DNA of 64,000 bases, taken from positions 20,099,657 through 20,163,656 of the forward strand of contig CM119266.1 in NCBI GenBank assembly GCA_051294375.1, read 5' to 3'. How positions within the stretch are numbered: the stretch's first letter is position 1; each line of letters opens with the position of its first letter. This stretch comes from Paraspadella gotoi. Lineage: Eukaryota > Animalia > Chaetognatha. The notes beneath the pieces were generated by a model, which saw only the letters and a list, made by a program, of their open reading frames with translations, did not search any database and was not told where the DNA came from. Below, piece by piece: positions 24,201-40,598 of this stretch. Made by a program: the position numbers and the translations under genes.

Positions 24201-25382
24201 GCCACCGGCGCTACTTCAGCACGACCGACATTTTTAAACTTCGAAAATTTTTGTTTTCTCTTATACCGTTTTTAAAATTAGAGGTGGATATAAAAAACTT
24301 CGGTGAATGAAGGCCGCCGACGATGAGTCACCGAGTAAGGGCAAATGGGTCATACAAAGTAACATTACGTTCAAACTGAGAGCAAAGTAGAGACACACAC
24401 CCCTTCGAGTTGTCCAGCATGAAAAAATACGTAAGAGACTAAAAATAAAAATCGTAAAATTAAAGGAGGAAAAAAAAGTCGCTGTTCAATAAAATATTGA
24501 ATTTTTGAGCACAAAAGGATCAGCAAAGAAGAGTCATCGAACGAAACGCCATCGCCAGGCGGAAAAACATACTTTAGCCCGGCGCCTATTTTTGCTTCTC
24601 TATTATAAAACGAAGTCAGCTTAAGAAGCGAAATCTCCTCTCAACGTAAATAAAATTCCATCTTTTTAAATTGATATTTTCGCCACAAAAGTGAAAATGT
24701 TAGAAAAGTTAACTTGTGGCGGTATATTCACACCGCCTCACATCCACCATCCTTCAGCCAAATCCATTGGCTCAGAGGGGGAACACACCAACTCAGGCGT
24801 AGTGTTCCATCCACAGTCCTAACGACTTCCCTCTGCGTTGGCAAAGCGAGACCGTCCTAGGGTAACCGCGCCAGTGACTGGAGGCGTCACTGAGGGTCAG
24901 AAGCCCCCAAAGCCAACAGTGAGATGCCCCATCCCAATGGGCATCACAGGCAACCCGGCTGTTGCCATAAACTCCTCTTTAAATTGTACAAAACCGTGAA
25001 TATCACTAAGTTGTGAAGAAAAAACCGTGATCGGGGAAAATTTTCTCCAATAAACGAGGTTTGATTAAGGCACGAAGAAAAGCATTGAATATTAAGAATC
25101 TTTTTTCGTATCAATCATTAAATGATCAAAAGCACCTAAATTGAAAGTATCTCGCTAAAGTAATTGAAAAGATCTATCCATACCTGATTCTCCGTACTTC
25201 ACCACGCTGTCTGGATGACGTAATTCGCACATTTTTGCCAACGTGTTTATATGATTTCCGACAATAGATTCTGGGGAGAGCCTCTTGCACCACTTAGAAG
25301 GTGACATTTGAAGTTCAAAGTCTTCGTCAAACTCGGTCGTTTCCGCGTCAGAAGTGTGGGCGCCTTCGGTTTTTTCCGCCAT
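21278..25382 (-). CDS. AFMID: Kynurenine formamidase (arylformamidase), alpha/beta hydrolase
   Basis: Exons 25382-25184, 23731-23544, 22534-22348, 21779-21643, 21565-21278. Motifs SPSKWCKR, VHGGYWQ, GYDLAP, GHSAGG, ISGVFNL, AENDSPEF and DHFDI. Confidence 0.88.
21827..21884 (+). mobile_element. Internal fragment of the family A LTR
   Basis: GACCGTCCTAGGTAACCGCGCCAGTGAC..GGCGTCACTG matches the solo LTR at 24716-24969. Confidence 0.75.
21950..22195 (+). repeat. ~250-bp interspersed, sometimes tandem, repeat family (core GCCTGTCCAAAGTCAGGG(A/G)CAAGATAGCTTATTTATTAAATGAATGGATA...TTGTACCAATTTCATA)
   Basis: Other copies at ~12095-12225, ~22860-22950, ~46170-46340 (-), ~48238-48733 (two in tandem) and ~56382-56458 (-). 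Confidence 0.8.
24716..24969 (+). mobile_element. Solo LTR of TRIM family A in AFMID intron 1
   Basis: Single LTR TGTGGCGG...TTGCCATA flanked by TSD AACT on both sides. Confidence 0.9.
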
Positions 25383-26464
25383 CTTGATATTTTCGATTTT
25401 TTAATTAGCCTTAAATTTAATAATAAAAATTTTTAAAAAAAAATTTGCATAGCAAAAACGGTTAAGTTGTTCAATATCCGATTCCTCTCTTTATATCTAC
25501 CTGATTGCAGGGCAAATTGCGCAGAATATTTGAAAATAATTGATAAAAAGAGAAGGTAAGGAATATTCAGTTTCTAAGTGAAAAAGGAGAAAACTAAAAA
25601 GGAGTGAATTATGAAAGGCATAGGCCATTAGATAATATTATTAACAAAGTACAACAAAATAAAAATTTTAAAGGTTCGAAGTCTAAATAAACTAACTAAA
25701 TAAATTTACTGGAAAATTTTATAGTTTGGAATAATAGAGAAGATTCGCTGGTAATTTTTTTAAAAAGTAGATATGTGCATAAGGCGCTAAGTGGGCTGAA
25801 GACTACTATCCATATCTTCTGTGCACCCTCAGCAGCAATGGGTCCTGGGTTTACGGCCGTCCTTATGACATGAATTATCAACCAACCATCATGCATCAGC
25901 CAAGATGATGGGATTTCGGTTTTAAAAAACAATGGCCTTACAATTTAAACACAAACAGGAAAGTAAGGGAAGGGGGTTGGGTCACGAGTTAAGGTCACGA
26001 AGTCTGTGTTCGACGAAACGTTGAAAAAAAGTCCGATAAAAGTCCGAGAGATTATCGGTGGAGCGTAAAAATAGACTGTCGACGCCTCGGACGTGGACGA
26101 CGTCGCCCTCAAAGACTAGAACAACTGAGTTCGCTACTTTGGGGGAAAAAATCCACAAAAAAAAGATTGAATAAATAATTGGATTAGGATAATTCGGATA
26201 TTATCGTTCATTCTTAATTTGCCTGGAACTTAGTGCATTTAAAATTAAATGGTTTTCATATTTTTGTTCTTAAATGCCATACGAATGACGCAAAAATCTA
26301 CCGCGTGCGAAATCGCGTTAACGACTCGAACGAAGTTACTTAGCAACGAGTCAACTGTTATAAACATTTCGAAGCTCGAACCTTTAACCTAAAATCGAAG
26401 AAAAACTCTTGTTTCAAATTTTCTCGTTTTTTCTTCGAAAAACCAAAAACATCGATCAAAAAGG

Positions 26465-30219
<3,755 letters not shown>

Positions 30220-30627
30220 GGAGGAGGAGCAGTGAGGAGGAAGAAAAAAAGAAATGGAAAGACAGAAGGAAAATTCGTTGTATTTGTTCCTGAACAACTG
30301 GTACAACAAAGAGAGAGAGATAAAAGTGGATGAAAGAAAGATAACTAGAATAGGAGCTGGGAATGTTCAATATTTCTACCTTCCTTTTCGTTTGCGATTT
30401 GAATAAAAATCAAGAAAAATGATGATGCAACTGTTCATTTTGATGTAGGTCCTTGGAGACGAGCAAACTAAGTAGTTATCATACAACGTTCACATTTTAT
30501 TTTACTAGCTCAGGAGAAAACTCTAAGTGAAATAGGTGAGTTTCTCAGATTTTTTTTTTTTTTTTTTGCGTAAAACGAGTTTAAAGGCTGATGATATTCT
30601 GCATTATTTAATTTTTCCTTACATCTA

Positions 30628-30702
<75 letters not shown>

Positions 30703-31277
30703 CCCTGCGCTAGAAAAATCCCTTATTAGTATTCCAGCCAGGATTTAATCGCATATGGGAGTCTTCACTTAGTCATATTCGTAAGCAGATTGTCAAACAC
30801 AACCTTATCTTGTGTGTTTTTTTGTTTTTTTTGTTGCCAAAAAGGAGAGAAAAAAAGGAAGATCGTGTGCGAAAATAAAAAGAAAGGGAATTTAGAACGA
30901 AATAAGAAAGGAACTCGGCGAATTGAAAAAGCGATTATTCCCACTTAAAGTAAGATGCAAGTTTTTCTCCTTTTTTTTTTATTGTACTCATTTTATGTCA
31001 GGTTTGTTGGGAGGTTAGTCTGACGAAGAGGATTCGGATTAAAAACTCATTTTTTTATTAGGAATTTTAAAAAAAAAAATACACCAATGATGACGGTTTG
31101 CGTTGTTTAATCGGTGACGCCAAAAACTAAAATAATAATAATTAGCTGATCCTCTTGGGGAGTGTTACTCCCCCGAAAAGATATTAACGCTTTTTTGACG
31201 AAATAAATTTATTTGTAATTTGGTTATTTTTGGGTCAGTCGCTCAGGCGAATAGGTGACTCGCGGGATCCACTGGAA

Positions 31278-33931
31278 ATGCGGTTTTGGGTTCCGTTGGT
31301 AGCCCTCGTCGTCGTCGTCGGCGTCGACGACCGATTCCGGCTTGTCACGTGGGCGGCGCCGGTGCAGTCGCGACCTGGCGCCGCCTACTCTCGACGCGTG
31401 GACGAGGAGTTCGCCTACGATTTTTTGCTTCGCTTCGGTTACATCCCACGCGAGTCGCGCAACGCCTCCTCCGCCAACTCTGTTTCGGTCTCCACTTCCC
31501 TCCGCAACTTCCAACGCGTCGCCGGGATTCCCCAGACGGGCTACCTCGACAAGCGGACAAAGCTATGGATGCAACGCCCGCGGTGCGGCATGGCCGACGA
31601 CGCCAAGAACGAACCGAGCAACGCCACCTTCGGCGAGTATTCCCTCTATTACACCAAGTGGCCGCGAAAAAAGCTTTCCTGGTCCATCGTCCGATACGGC
31701 AAGCTGAGTGAACTCAGCCGAGCCACCGTCGACAACATCTTGGCGCAGGCGTGGAAGGCCTGGGCCGACGTCTCCCAGCTCAGGTTCGAGCGGCAGCCGA
31801 CGGGAAGCCCAGTCGACATTCGCGTCAGCTTTGCCGCCGGAAGCCACGGCGACGATTCACCCTTCGACGGACCTGGAAGAGTTTTGGCTCACGCCTTTTA
31901 TCCGCAGGTGAGAATGAGATTTAAAAAAAAAGAAACAGTAAATCTAATTCCAAATGAGTTTTACCATTCGTACAAATTTTCAGCCTTTCGCTCGTCCCAC
32001 CGATATCGCGGGTGACGCCCACTTTGACGACGCTGAGACGTGGACGGAAGGGACGTACTACGGAAAGAATCTGTTTCAAACGGCGGTTCACGAGTTTGGC
32101 CACTCGTTGGGCCTTCGCCATTCGGAAGTCCGCGGCTCTGTCATGTGGCCCTACGCCCAACGCTACAGCCCCAATTTCGCGCTGCAGGAGGACGACATTC
32201 TCGGCATTCAGGCGCTTTATGGTGCTGCTCCAATTACCACTACGACGACAACGACGACGCCCACAACAACAACAACGACGACGACTACCACACCGACAAC
32301 CACTACCACCACAACGACGACGCCTAAGCCGACGAAACCGACGACGAAACCGACGACGAAACCGACGACTTCACCACCGACGCGCGGCGTAAACAGAACG
32401 ACGCCACCAGCGGGAGCGGTGCCGAATAACGCGATCACCACTCTGGCCACCACCTCCACCTCCGCCGTCTCTCACGATCCTATCACAAAATCCACCAAGC
32501 CAGGTACGACGCCCGAGACGACAACGACGACGACGACGACCACGCCGCCAACGACGACGACTACTTCCACGACGACGACAACAACGACAACTACTACTAC
32601 GACGACGACGACTCCGCCTGGCCCGCCGCCTCCGCCGTACTGCGACGGCAAGGTGGACGCCATCATGACAATTGGTCGAAAGATCTTCGCCTTTCGCGAG
32701 GACCTCATCTTCGAGTTGGAGCAAGGCCTCTTCAACGCCGTCAGCGTCGTCAACATCGAGCCCATACTTAACTACTTCCTCGAAGGCCCACGCACTGTCG
32801 ACGCTGCCCTCTACAGTCGAGTCTGGAACGTAGTCTACCTGTTCAAGGCGAGTTGGTGATCTCCTATCTAATTGTTAATCATTGTTAATTATTGTTAAAA
32901 ATTGTAAATGCAATAGGACTTTTGAGACAACCCCCCCTTGCAATAGAGGACAAAAATTTAACAAATAGTGGAGGAAAATTTGAAATAATTTCTAGTCAAC
33001 GCAGTAGTTTCGTTTTGTTATAAAAATTTGTGAACAACTTGGATGTGATTTTTTTTTTCAGGGAGCGGAGTTCTGGAAGTTCGATCTACCATCACTGTTG
33101 ACTCCGAGATCGTTTCAGGTAATTTTTTTTATTTGTCTATTATGTATTGTATTGTCCAGCAATCGTTTAACTTTAAGGGTTGACAAGGTTGGGCTCAACT
33201 TGAAAAAAAGGACTATCGGTTGGAGCTCTTCTTTTCTTTTTTTTCTTTCACTTATGATTATAAATAGATTCATCACGATGAAATAAAAACTTATTGAAGC
33301 TCTAATCTTTCTGTTCATTCTCAACTCGGCATCAACCCACTGATTTTCCATTTCTTTCTCAATTCCTCTCACCTCAATTATTCTCCATTCCATCAAGTTT
33401 ATGATTATCCTTCTCCCTTTTCCATTTCGCAATTCCTTCCACTCACTCACTCTCTGTCCGCGCTTCTTTCAGGTCCACCCCGGCTATCCCAAGCCTTTGA
33501 CCGAGTGGAACCTTCCCCCGCCTTTTGATCGCGACATAGACGCCGTCTTTTGGTACGAACCAGAAAAGCGGATTTACTTCATCAAGGATAACCTTTCCAC
33601 CTACGTAATCGTGCCCACTCGGTGGTGGAAATGGACTGCAGCGCCTTCCGCCAACGAGCTCTCCAACATGTGGCCCGGTCTGCCAGAGTCCGGCATTTCC
33701 GGAGCTCAGACCTACACGAACGAACGTCTCTATTTCTTCACGGACAAGGGGCAATACTTTCGGTGGAACGGGATTGCGCGTATTCAGGGTCCGGATTTGA
33801 ACAGCATCAACCCGTACCCGAGAGACACGGCCGTGTGGTGGTTCGAATGTACGGCCGAGGAGACGGCCAGACTACAGTCGTATCCGCCGGACAAAGACTC
33901 TTTCGTCGTGCGCAGGAATCGGACAGGCTAA
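31278..33931 (+). CDS. Matrix metalloproteinase (M10A) with long Thr-rich linker and hemopexin domain
   Basis: Exons 31278-31907, 31984-32847, 33062-33118, 33473-33931. Signal peptide, cysteine switch [30 protein letters not shown], Met-turn SVMWP, hemopexin GYPK/IDAVF and terminal WFEC. Intron 2 donor is GC. Confidence 0.93.
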
Positions 33932-36872
33932 AGGGAGAATGACGGGATGACGCTGACAGGCGCGACAAACGCGACAGGCGCGACAGGCAAACCGCTCGTC
34001 TTTGATTATATAAGCATTATATAAGCATTATATTATATAAGCATTGCTGATTTTACCTTTTTTTAAGATCTTTTATTTCTCCCTTATTTATCCATAATTT
34101 TTTTTTTTCCGATAGCAATGCCATTATTCCTGTTTAGTGTTTACGTCTATGAAAAATCTCTGTTCCGTTTCTTGTTCCTTTTCTGTTACGAAGAAAATTA
34201 AGAGGATTACTAATGAAAGAAAACTACTGCATATCTTGCAGGAGAGGAGGAGAAAAAAAGAAAGATGAGAGAGAGAGAGAGAGAGAGAGATAGAGAATTT
34301 CCCTTTGCTTGCCTAATAGGCCACATTTTGGTTTTCCTGTTACATCCTTCCAGCTTCTCTTTTATTGCATTCTACCCATTTACCCAACTGCCCCAAGTTT
34401 CCTTCGCTGACCGCGAAGGGACGGATGTTTCTATTCATTCTTTCGGATTAATTCGTCGAATCCGAGGAAGAGTCGCTGATTCTTTCGTCGTCACAAAACA
34501 TTCTGGATGTAAATATAGACTGCGGCGGCGGCAGCGGCAGCGGCAGCGGCGGCGGCGGCGGCGTCGGTAGCGGAAGCGATATCTTGATTAATTCTATTCA
34601 GTGATGTCGGCGCCGGCAAGGTGGAAGGCGATTCGAGTGTTGATGGGAAAGACGGGGTTCCTGGCGTGGGTAAGTGAAAGCTTAAGCGAAGATCCCCACA
34701 TATTTAAACATGCCGTCTTGAGAAACAGCGTCACGGTGTTCTGGTCTCAAACATCTCAAGTTAATCCTGTTAATTCCGTTTTGTCACGGGGCGTCGTGTC
34801 GACGACCCGGTTAACTCAACGGATCGTAAATTTTGACTAATCTTTGTTTCAAGATGTTACCTTCCAACGCACTGAACTTCATATTTCGACGGAAATGATC
34901 GTTTCCATTTTCTCTCCAGGTTTTTTATTCTTTTTTTTTTTTTCATTATTTTTCGCTGTGTTATTGAAATTGTGGTTTTTTTTCCTGAAATAATTATCCT
35001 TTGTGAAAATTTTTGCTTCCTATCTTCTGCGGTGTCGGTTTATCGATAACATCCTGAGGCAACAGAAAAAATATTTCGGTTCTGAATGAAAGTAGATAAT
35101 AATATTTGTTAACTTAAAGGGAAGCAAACTTTATCACTCACTTTCGCACTACTACTACTACTATAGTTGAAATAAATTTTTAAAAATTTAGATGGGGATT
35201 CAAAATATATTAAATATTTGTTATATTTGTTTAATAGAGAAGTTAAATATTAAAAATTAAATATAATCAATATTTTAGATTGAATAATGGATAGAAAGAG
35301 TAATATGAATAATAATAAAATGAATAATATGAAAGAGTCCGGGACATTGATTGAAAGAGTTACAAGGACTGACACCGCACTGAGGAAATGACCTAAGAAG
35401 ATAAAGACTCACAAGAAAGAGGAGATTGACTTCTCGGTTTCCGTTAGTTGGAGCCACAGTCTATGAAACAAGTGCCTCGGCGATCCTGACAGTTACAAGG
35501 TGAGAATGAGTGACGGCAACATATGTTTCTCGTGTCAACGACTTCCAATACTTGTCGGGCTCGTGGCGCATTTAAGCCGGTAACCTCATACTTGCAAGTG
35601 TCAGTAAACTGGATTGAATCCGGTACCCAAGGTTATTTTTTCGCCAACGTCAATATTATCAACCTGCAATTTTTTTGTTAATATAAGGATACAGCGAGAG
35701 GTTAGTTAAAAAGCAATAAAGACGTACGATTACCAGAAACTTTGCACTTTGACAATGCTGACGAAGATATAAAATAGGATGACGTAGAACGCGTTACGTC
35801 ATTTCTTTTCCATCCATGTCTTCACTGCGGCGCTGGGATTAGCGGGGACGGTGTTTGTGGAGTCGCCAATATTGGCGAAAGCGGCATTAGCGAGGGATTA
35901 TTGGTGAAGGTTCATACCAGGGCTCAGGCGAGGCCGTTGGAAGAAAATCACATCGTCGAAAGTCGGAAGCACAGGTATCGGAATTTAGGAGGTATTAGCT
36001 ACGTAGTTCCGTTTCGTTTTCCATAAAATTTGAGAATAATAATGCTATATGACAGTGAAATTGTAGTCGGGCATTGCATAATTCACCCCGCCTATAAGCA
36101 TGATGAGTAAAGCCATCAACTCATGACCAGTGGTCAGAATATGAAAAAAAACTATTATTATAATATTATTTTAAATTCCTTACAAACTAATGTTAACTCG
36201 ACATGTTGAGGCTTAACAGTTAGAGGTCACGTTATCTTAAAGCCACCGACTATTTTTATCCAGACGATTTGTGTCTTGAGGTCAATGCTCTTGAAATTAG
36301 ACGCTTTTCTTTTCTCTTCGTCGGTTAATGTTCGATGAAGTTAATAAATTACTTTTTGATCATGAGCGGTATTAAATTTATCGCTTTTCAAAAGAGCTCA
36401 AGAGAACATTAATAATATTACATAGGCATTTTTCCTCGTTATTTATGCTTCTTTAACTTTTTTTACCCTGGAAAACTTTCCGCAATAAAAATGTTTTGAA
36501 CCGTGAATTATTAAAACTAGTGGCTTCGCCAATGCTTGTGAATAGCTTTCAATGGCTAATATTGAACTGTTTCGGTAGTCCTAGCTATATGAAATAAAAA
36601 TTAAAAAATTAGTAGAAAATTTGACAATAAACGAAGAAATCTAGCATGAAAATCATGTTAGCATGAAAAGGGAAAACAATTTGTTAATTTTTTTTTTAAA
36701 AGGTATTTAACGGTATATGAAATTGGTATATGTTTTAATTAATTGTAGAACTGACAAACATACTCCTGAGTGAAGTGAAAGAATTAATTTAAAAGATATC
36801 GACCTACTAACGTTTAAAATAGAAAAAATAACACCAATTGAGTTATAAATTTCAGTCAACGGAACTAAAATA

Positions 36873-37204
36873 CACTGCGGCACAAAAAAAAGTAGCCACT
36901 TTTTCACATAAAAAAAATAATATTGGATAGCTTAATTCTACCAAGATATAAAAATATAAAACAAAGCTTATTGAAAAATGAAATAATTGGTCTAAGTCAA
37001 AATCAAAATATTTTTAATTCTATATTGTTGTATTCTACTGCCTGAACCAATTAATTTTTTTTTGCACCAATCGATAGCTTTTTAAAAAAGGTAATAATTT
37101 TTTTGATCAAAATATATTTTTTATAAATATTTTATCAAAATTAAAAATGAGATAGTAAGGAAATTTAAAGCTAACAAGTGGCTACTTTTTTTTGCGCCGC
37201 AGTG
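36873..37204. mobile_element. Tc1/mariner-type MITE
   Basis: TA|CACTGCGGCACAAAAAAAAGTAGCCACTT ... AAGTGGCTACTTTTTTTTGCGCCGCAGTG|TA. Confidence 0.85.
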
Positions 37205-37346
37205 TACATTTTATAACCGTCATTGGAGGAAAGGCCATTTGAAGCGGCAATTTCTTCCTGTACTTCTTTCTTTTCTTCGTTCGCTCACTCCCATCTTTTT
37301 ATTTCGCTTCATATAATCCTTTTCCATGCGGAAAAAAATATCAATT

Positions 37347-37596
37347 TATAGCAACAGCTGGGTTGCCTGTGATTCCCATTGGGATGAGGCATCTCACTGT
37401 TGGCTTTTGGGGCTTCCGTCCCTGAGTGTGGCCGCCTGTCACTGGCGCGGTTACCCTAGGAGGGTCTCGCTTTGACAACGCAGAAGGAAATCGTTAGGAC
37501 TCGTGGATGGAACGTAACGCTCGGGATGGTTCGTTCCCCCTCTGATCCAAAAGGAGTGGCTGAATGAAGGTGAGGCGGTGTGAATATACCGCCGTA
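37347..37596 (-). mobile_element. Older, diverged solo LTR of TRIM family A
   Basis: Aligns over its full length with 5342-5596, with more substitutions; flanks AATT/AACT (near-TSD). Confidence 0.85.
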
Positions 37597-38777
37597 AACT
37601 CATAATATAAATAAATATAAACTCGAGCAATAATTTCTACCTCTGCCTTTTCAACCGTTTACCCTCAACGCTCTGCTGAAGTAAGTTTCCGCCCCTTTTC
37701 ATCCATTCACTCTTTCCGTTCTATTTGAATAAAACTATTTCGCTTAGTTTATATCCGCCCATTATTTATTTATTTATTTTTCCACGATTCCATTCCACTG
37801 CATTTCCTCTCTCCTGACGCGACATTTTTGGCCCATTTTTTACACCTAATCTTTATCTTTACCTACGCTCATCGTTTCCACATTTTCGAAATTCCCTTTT
37901 CGCCATTTTTTCGTCAGCATCTTCTCTCGTCCTTCATCTTCTGTTCTACTTTCCATTCTTACGGCTATTTTCGTTTGTCGCTACTTTCTCTAACGATTTC
38001 CCATCCCATTTTTCCGCTTCGTTCGGTCGCCATGTTTTTCCGTCTCTCGTTTTATTTCTCCGCTCCCCCGGGCCTCCCATATTCTCCCCCCCCTCTCTCG
38101 TTTCTCTTTAGGCCCCTCGCTGCTTATCGCGTAAACAATCGATCTGCCTGGTTTGCCAGAGACTCCCAAATATTTTCGCCTCTAAGTGAACTCTATTTCC
38201 TTGTACGTTGTTTAGATGTCCTCTTATTCGGGGTTTTTTTTTTTCACTCATCTTTTTTGTCTGTTTTCGTTTCCGCTGTTTTACATCTTTCATTCCTTTT
38301 TATTTCTTGTTGTTTTGCTTCTCTTATCTCTTTTTATAAATTTCCTATGGATTAGATATTTGCTCATAGCTTCACTAATATGATCACAACAGCAACCGTC
38401 AAAAAAAAAAAAAAATAACGAATGGCCTTTTTACTTCCAAGTTGGGTTCAGCGCGACGTCTCGCGAAAGTTGTCAGCCTCACTGTCATTGTCGTTCACCC
38501 AAATGTCATTCACAGAAATGCGCGATTAGTTACCCAAAACAGGAAATCGCTCTTTCGATATATATTTTTTTCTTTTTCTCCCTTTTTTGAAACTCCCTTT
38601 CATTTTGCACTGTTTTGACGAACGTTTCTGCCTTGCTGTCACTTTGATCAAATTCATTTTACAGGGAAAACCAAAAAAGTGAGTGGGAGAAAAAACATGA
38701 TACTGATAAGAACATTTGGTACTGGATGAAATTCTGCGCTTTTTGTCGAAATGTCTCAGGATAAAAGTAATTCAAAA

Positions 38778-38812
<35 letters not shown>

Positions 38813-39443
38813 GTCGTCAATTCTTTTTATTTTTAGACATTAGCTAACATTCGAAAGCGTTAAAATCGAAAACATAAGCATTAAGCAAAGTTGAAAAATT
38901 GTCAAAGGGGGTAAACTCGATTTTCAGGTCACCAAAAAAAAACAGAGAGTAAGACAATTCAGAAATAATAATACAAACAAACAAACTATAGTGATGCAAA
39001 CGTGAAGACTGGGAACTGGGAAGACGACGACCTTAAGGTAACGAGAAAAACAACAAAACAAAGGTGAGAGTGGGGAGAGGACAAAGGAGAAAGAGGGGAC
39101 AGGACAAAGGAGAGAGACTGGGAGAGAGGAGAGGGGATAATGTGGAAGAGAGAAAGGCTTGGAGAGAGAGAGAGGATATAGTACTAGAGAAAAAAGGAAA
39201 ATAAGCATAAGATTAGAAAATCTAGCTTTTTATTCTTTATGGTATGTGTAATTGTGTATGTACGTATGTATGTACGAATGAAAGGAAAAAAAGGAAGATA
39301 AAAAGAAAGAAAGAACGAAATATAGAACTAATACGTATGTATAAAGAAAAAAAGATAAGGAAAAAAGAAAAGAGAAAGAAAATTATAAAAAAATTACACA
39401 AAAAAATTTTTATGGTGTAAAAAAATGGAATAATAACGGAATT

Positions 39444-39572
39444 TATAATGATAGACTTGATTTTTTAACAATGCGGGTTGAACAGAAATTACGTTCTCCC
39501 GCTTCGGAAGTCGTCACAACTTTTTTCTCTTCTTTCAACCCGCATTGTTAAAAAATCAAGTCTATCATTATA
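39444..39572. mobile_element. Short palindromic MITE-like element
   Basis: About 39-bp perfect inverted repeat TATAATGATAGACTTGATTTTTTAACAATGCGGGTTGAA. Confidence 0.7.
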
Positions 39573-40598
39573 CGCCATAAATTTTACTTTTGCCGTGGTT
39601 TAGGGTTAAAAGGGTTTAGAGTTATGGGAATAAGATAATAATTTTTTTAATTTTTTTTTAAATAACTATTTTTAATAGGTTTTTTAAAAGCCGCCAAAAA
39701 CCCGGTCGGCGAAAGTAAAATTTTACCGTTTAATGTAATTATTTTATTATTTTTTCTTTCTCTTCTTCTTCTCTGCTTTTTCCTGACTTAAAAGTGTCTA
39801 TCTGTGTTCTGTTTTGGTTTTTTGTACTGAATCAACCTTCTTATATATTATTACGTCGTAAAAACAAAGAAAAATATAAAATCCCCGGGACTTGTAATTG
39901 GGAACGCACATTTTAGGCGGCCTAACACAAATCACTATGCTGCGGTCATTTCTTTAAAAAAAAACTAAGCTTAGGGTTTTGCTATCTCGGAAAAATTCAA
40001 AGCCTTATTAACTTAAAAGAAATATTTAGAAAAATAATTTTTTTTTTTAGATTTCTGATTTAGTAACTTTTTATTTGAAGGCGTTGCCGAACAAACTCGT
40101 CAGGCTTTTTCGAGTACAAATTTAGGCAAATATATAAATAAGAATCGAGAAGCGAAAAAGAAGGAGAGATTTCACATTGAAGTCGCAATCGAAGGGACGC
40201 TCAAAAATAAAACCGAAACCCAAGAATAATAAAAATAGAATCTGGGAGAAGGATTTTATTGTTAAAATGCTATGGCTTTTATTAAAATGCAGGCTTTAAA
40301 CGAGATTGAAGCAGCGTTATAACCCCAACGACATCTCTGGAAGATAAAAAAAAACTTCTCTCTACTCTCTCTTTTTGTTAAAAAACTCAATGAACATGTA
40401 ACATTCAATAGGCTAATCAAAATGAACGCAGGAAGGAACGAAGGAACCTACCAACGAACGAACGATTAAAAATACTGTCTAAATGTTTCCAAACCTTCGC
40501 ACTTAACAGTCACCCGTTCATCCCCAACCCCTCCGCCCATCCACTCCCCAGCCCCCTTCCATCTCCTGCCCCTAAACCCCCTCCCCTAATCCGCGGCA

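Noticed and set aside
31224-32765. Antisense and alternate-frame ORFs over the MMP (likewise over the innexin)
   Set aside because: Expected shadow ORFs of GC-rich, repetitive coding sequence.
35557-35635. tRNA-like start GGGCTCGTGGCGCA
   Set aside because: It cannot be folded into a cloverleaf and the B box is poor; at most a decayed SINE head.
36098-36130. SECIS-like ATGA..AAA..GA motif
   Set aside because: The helix is far too short, it belongs to an interspersed repeat, and there is no selenoprotein ORF upstream.
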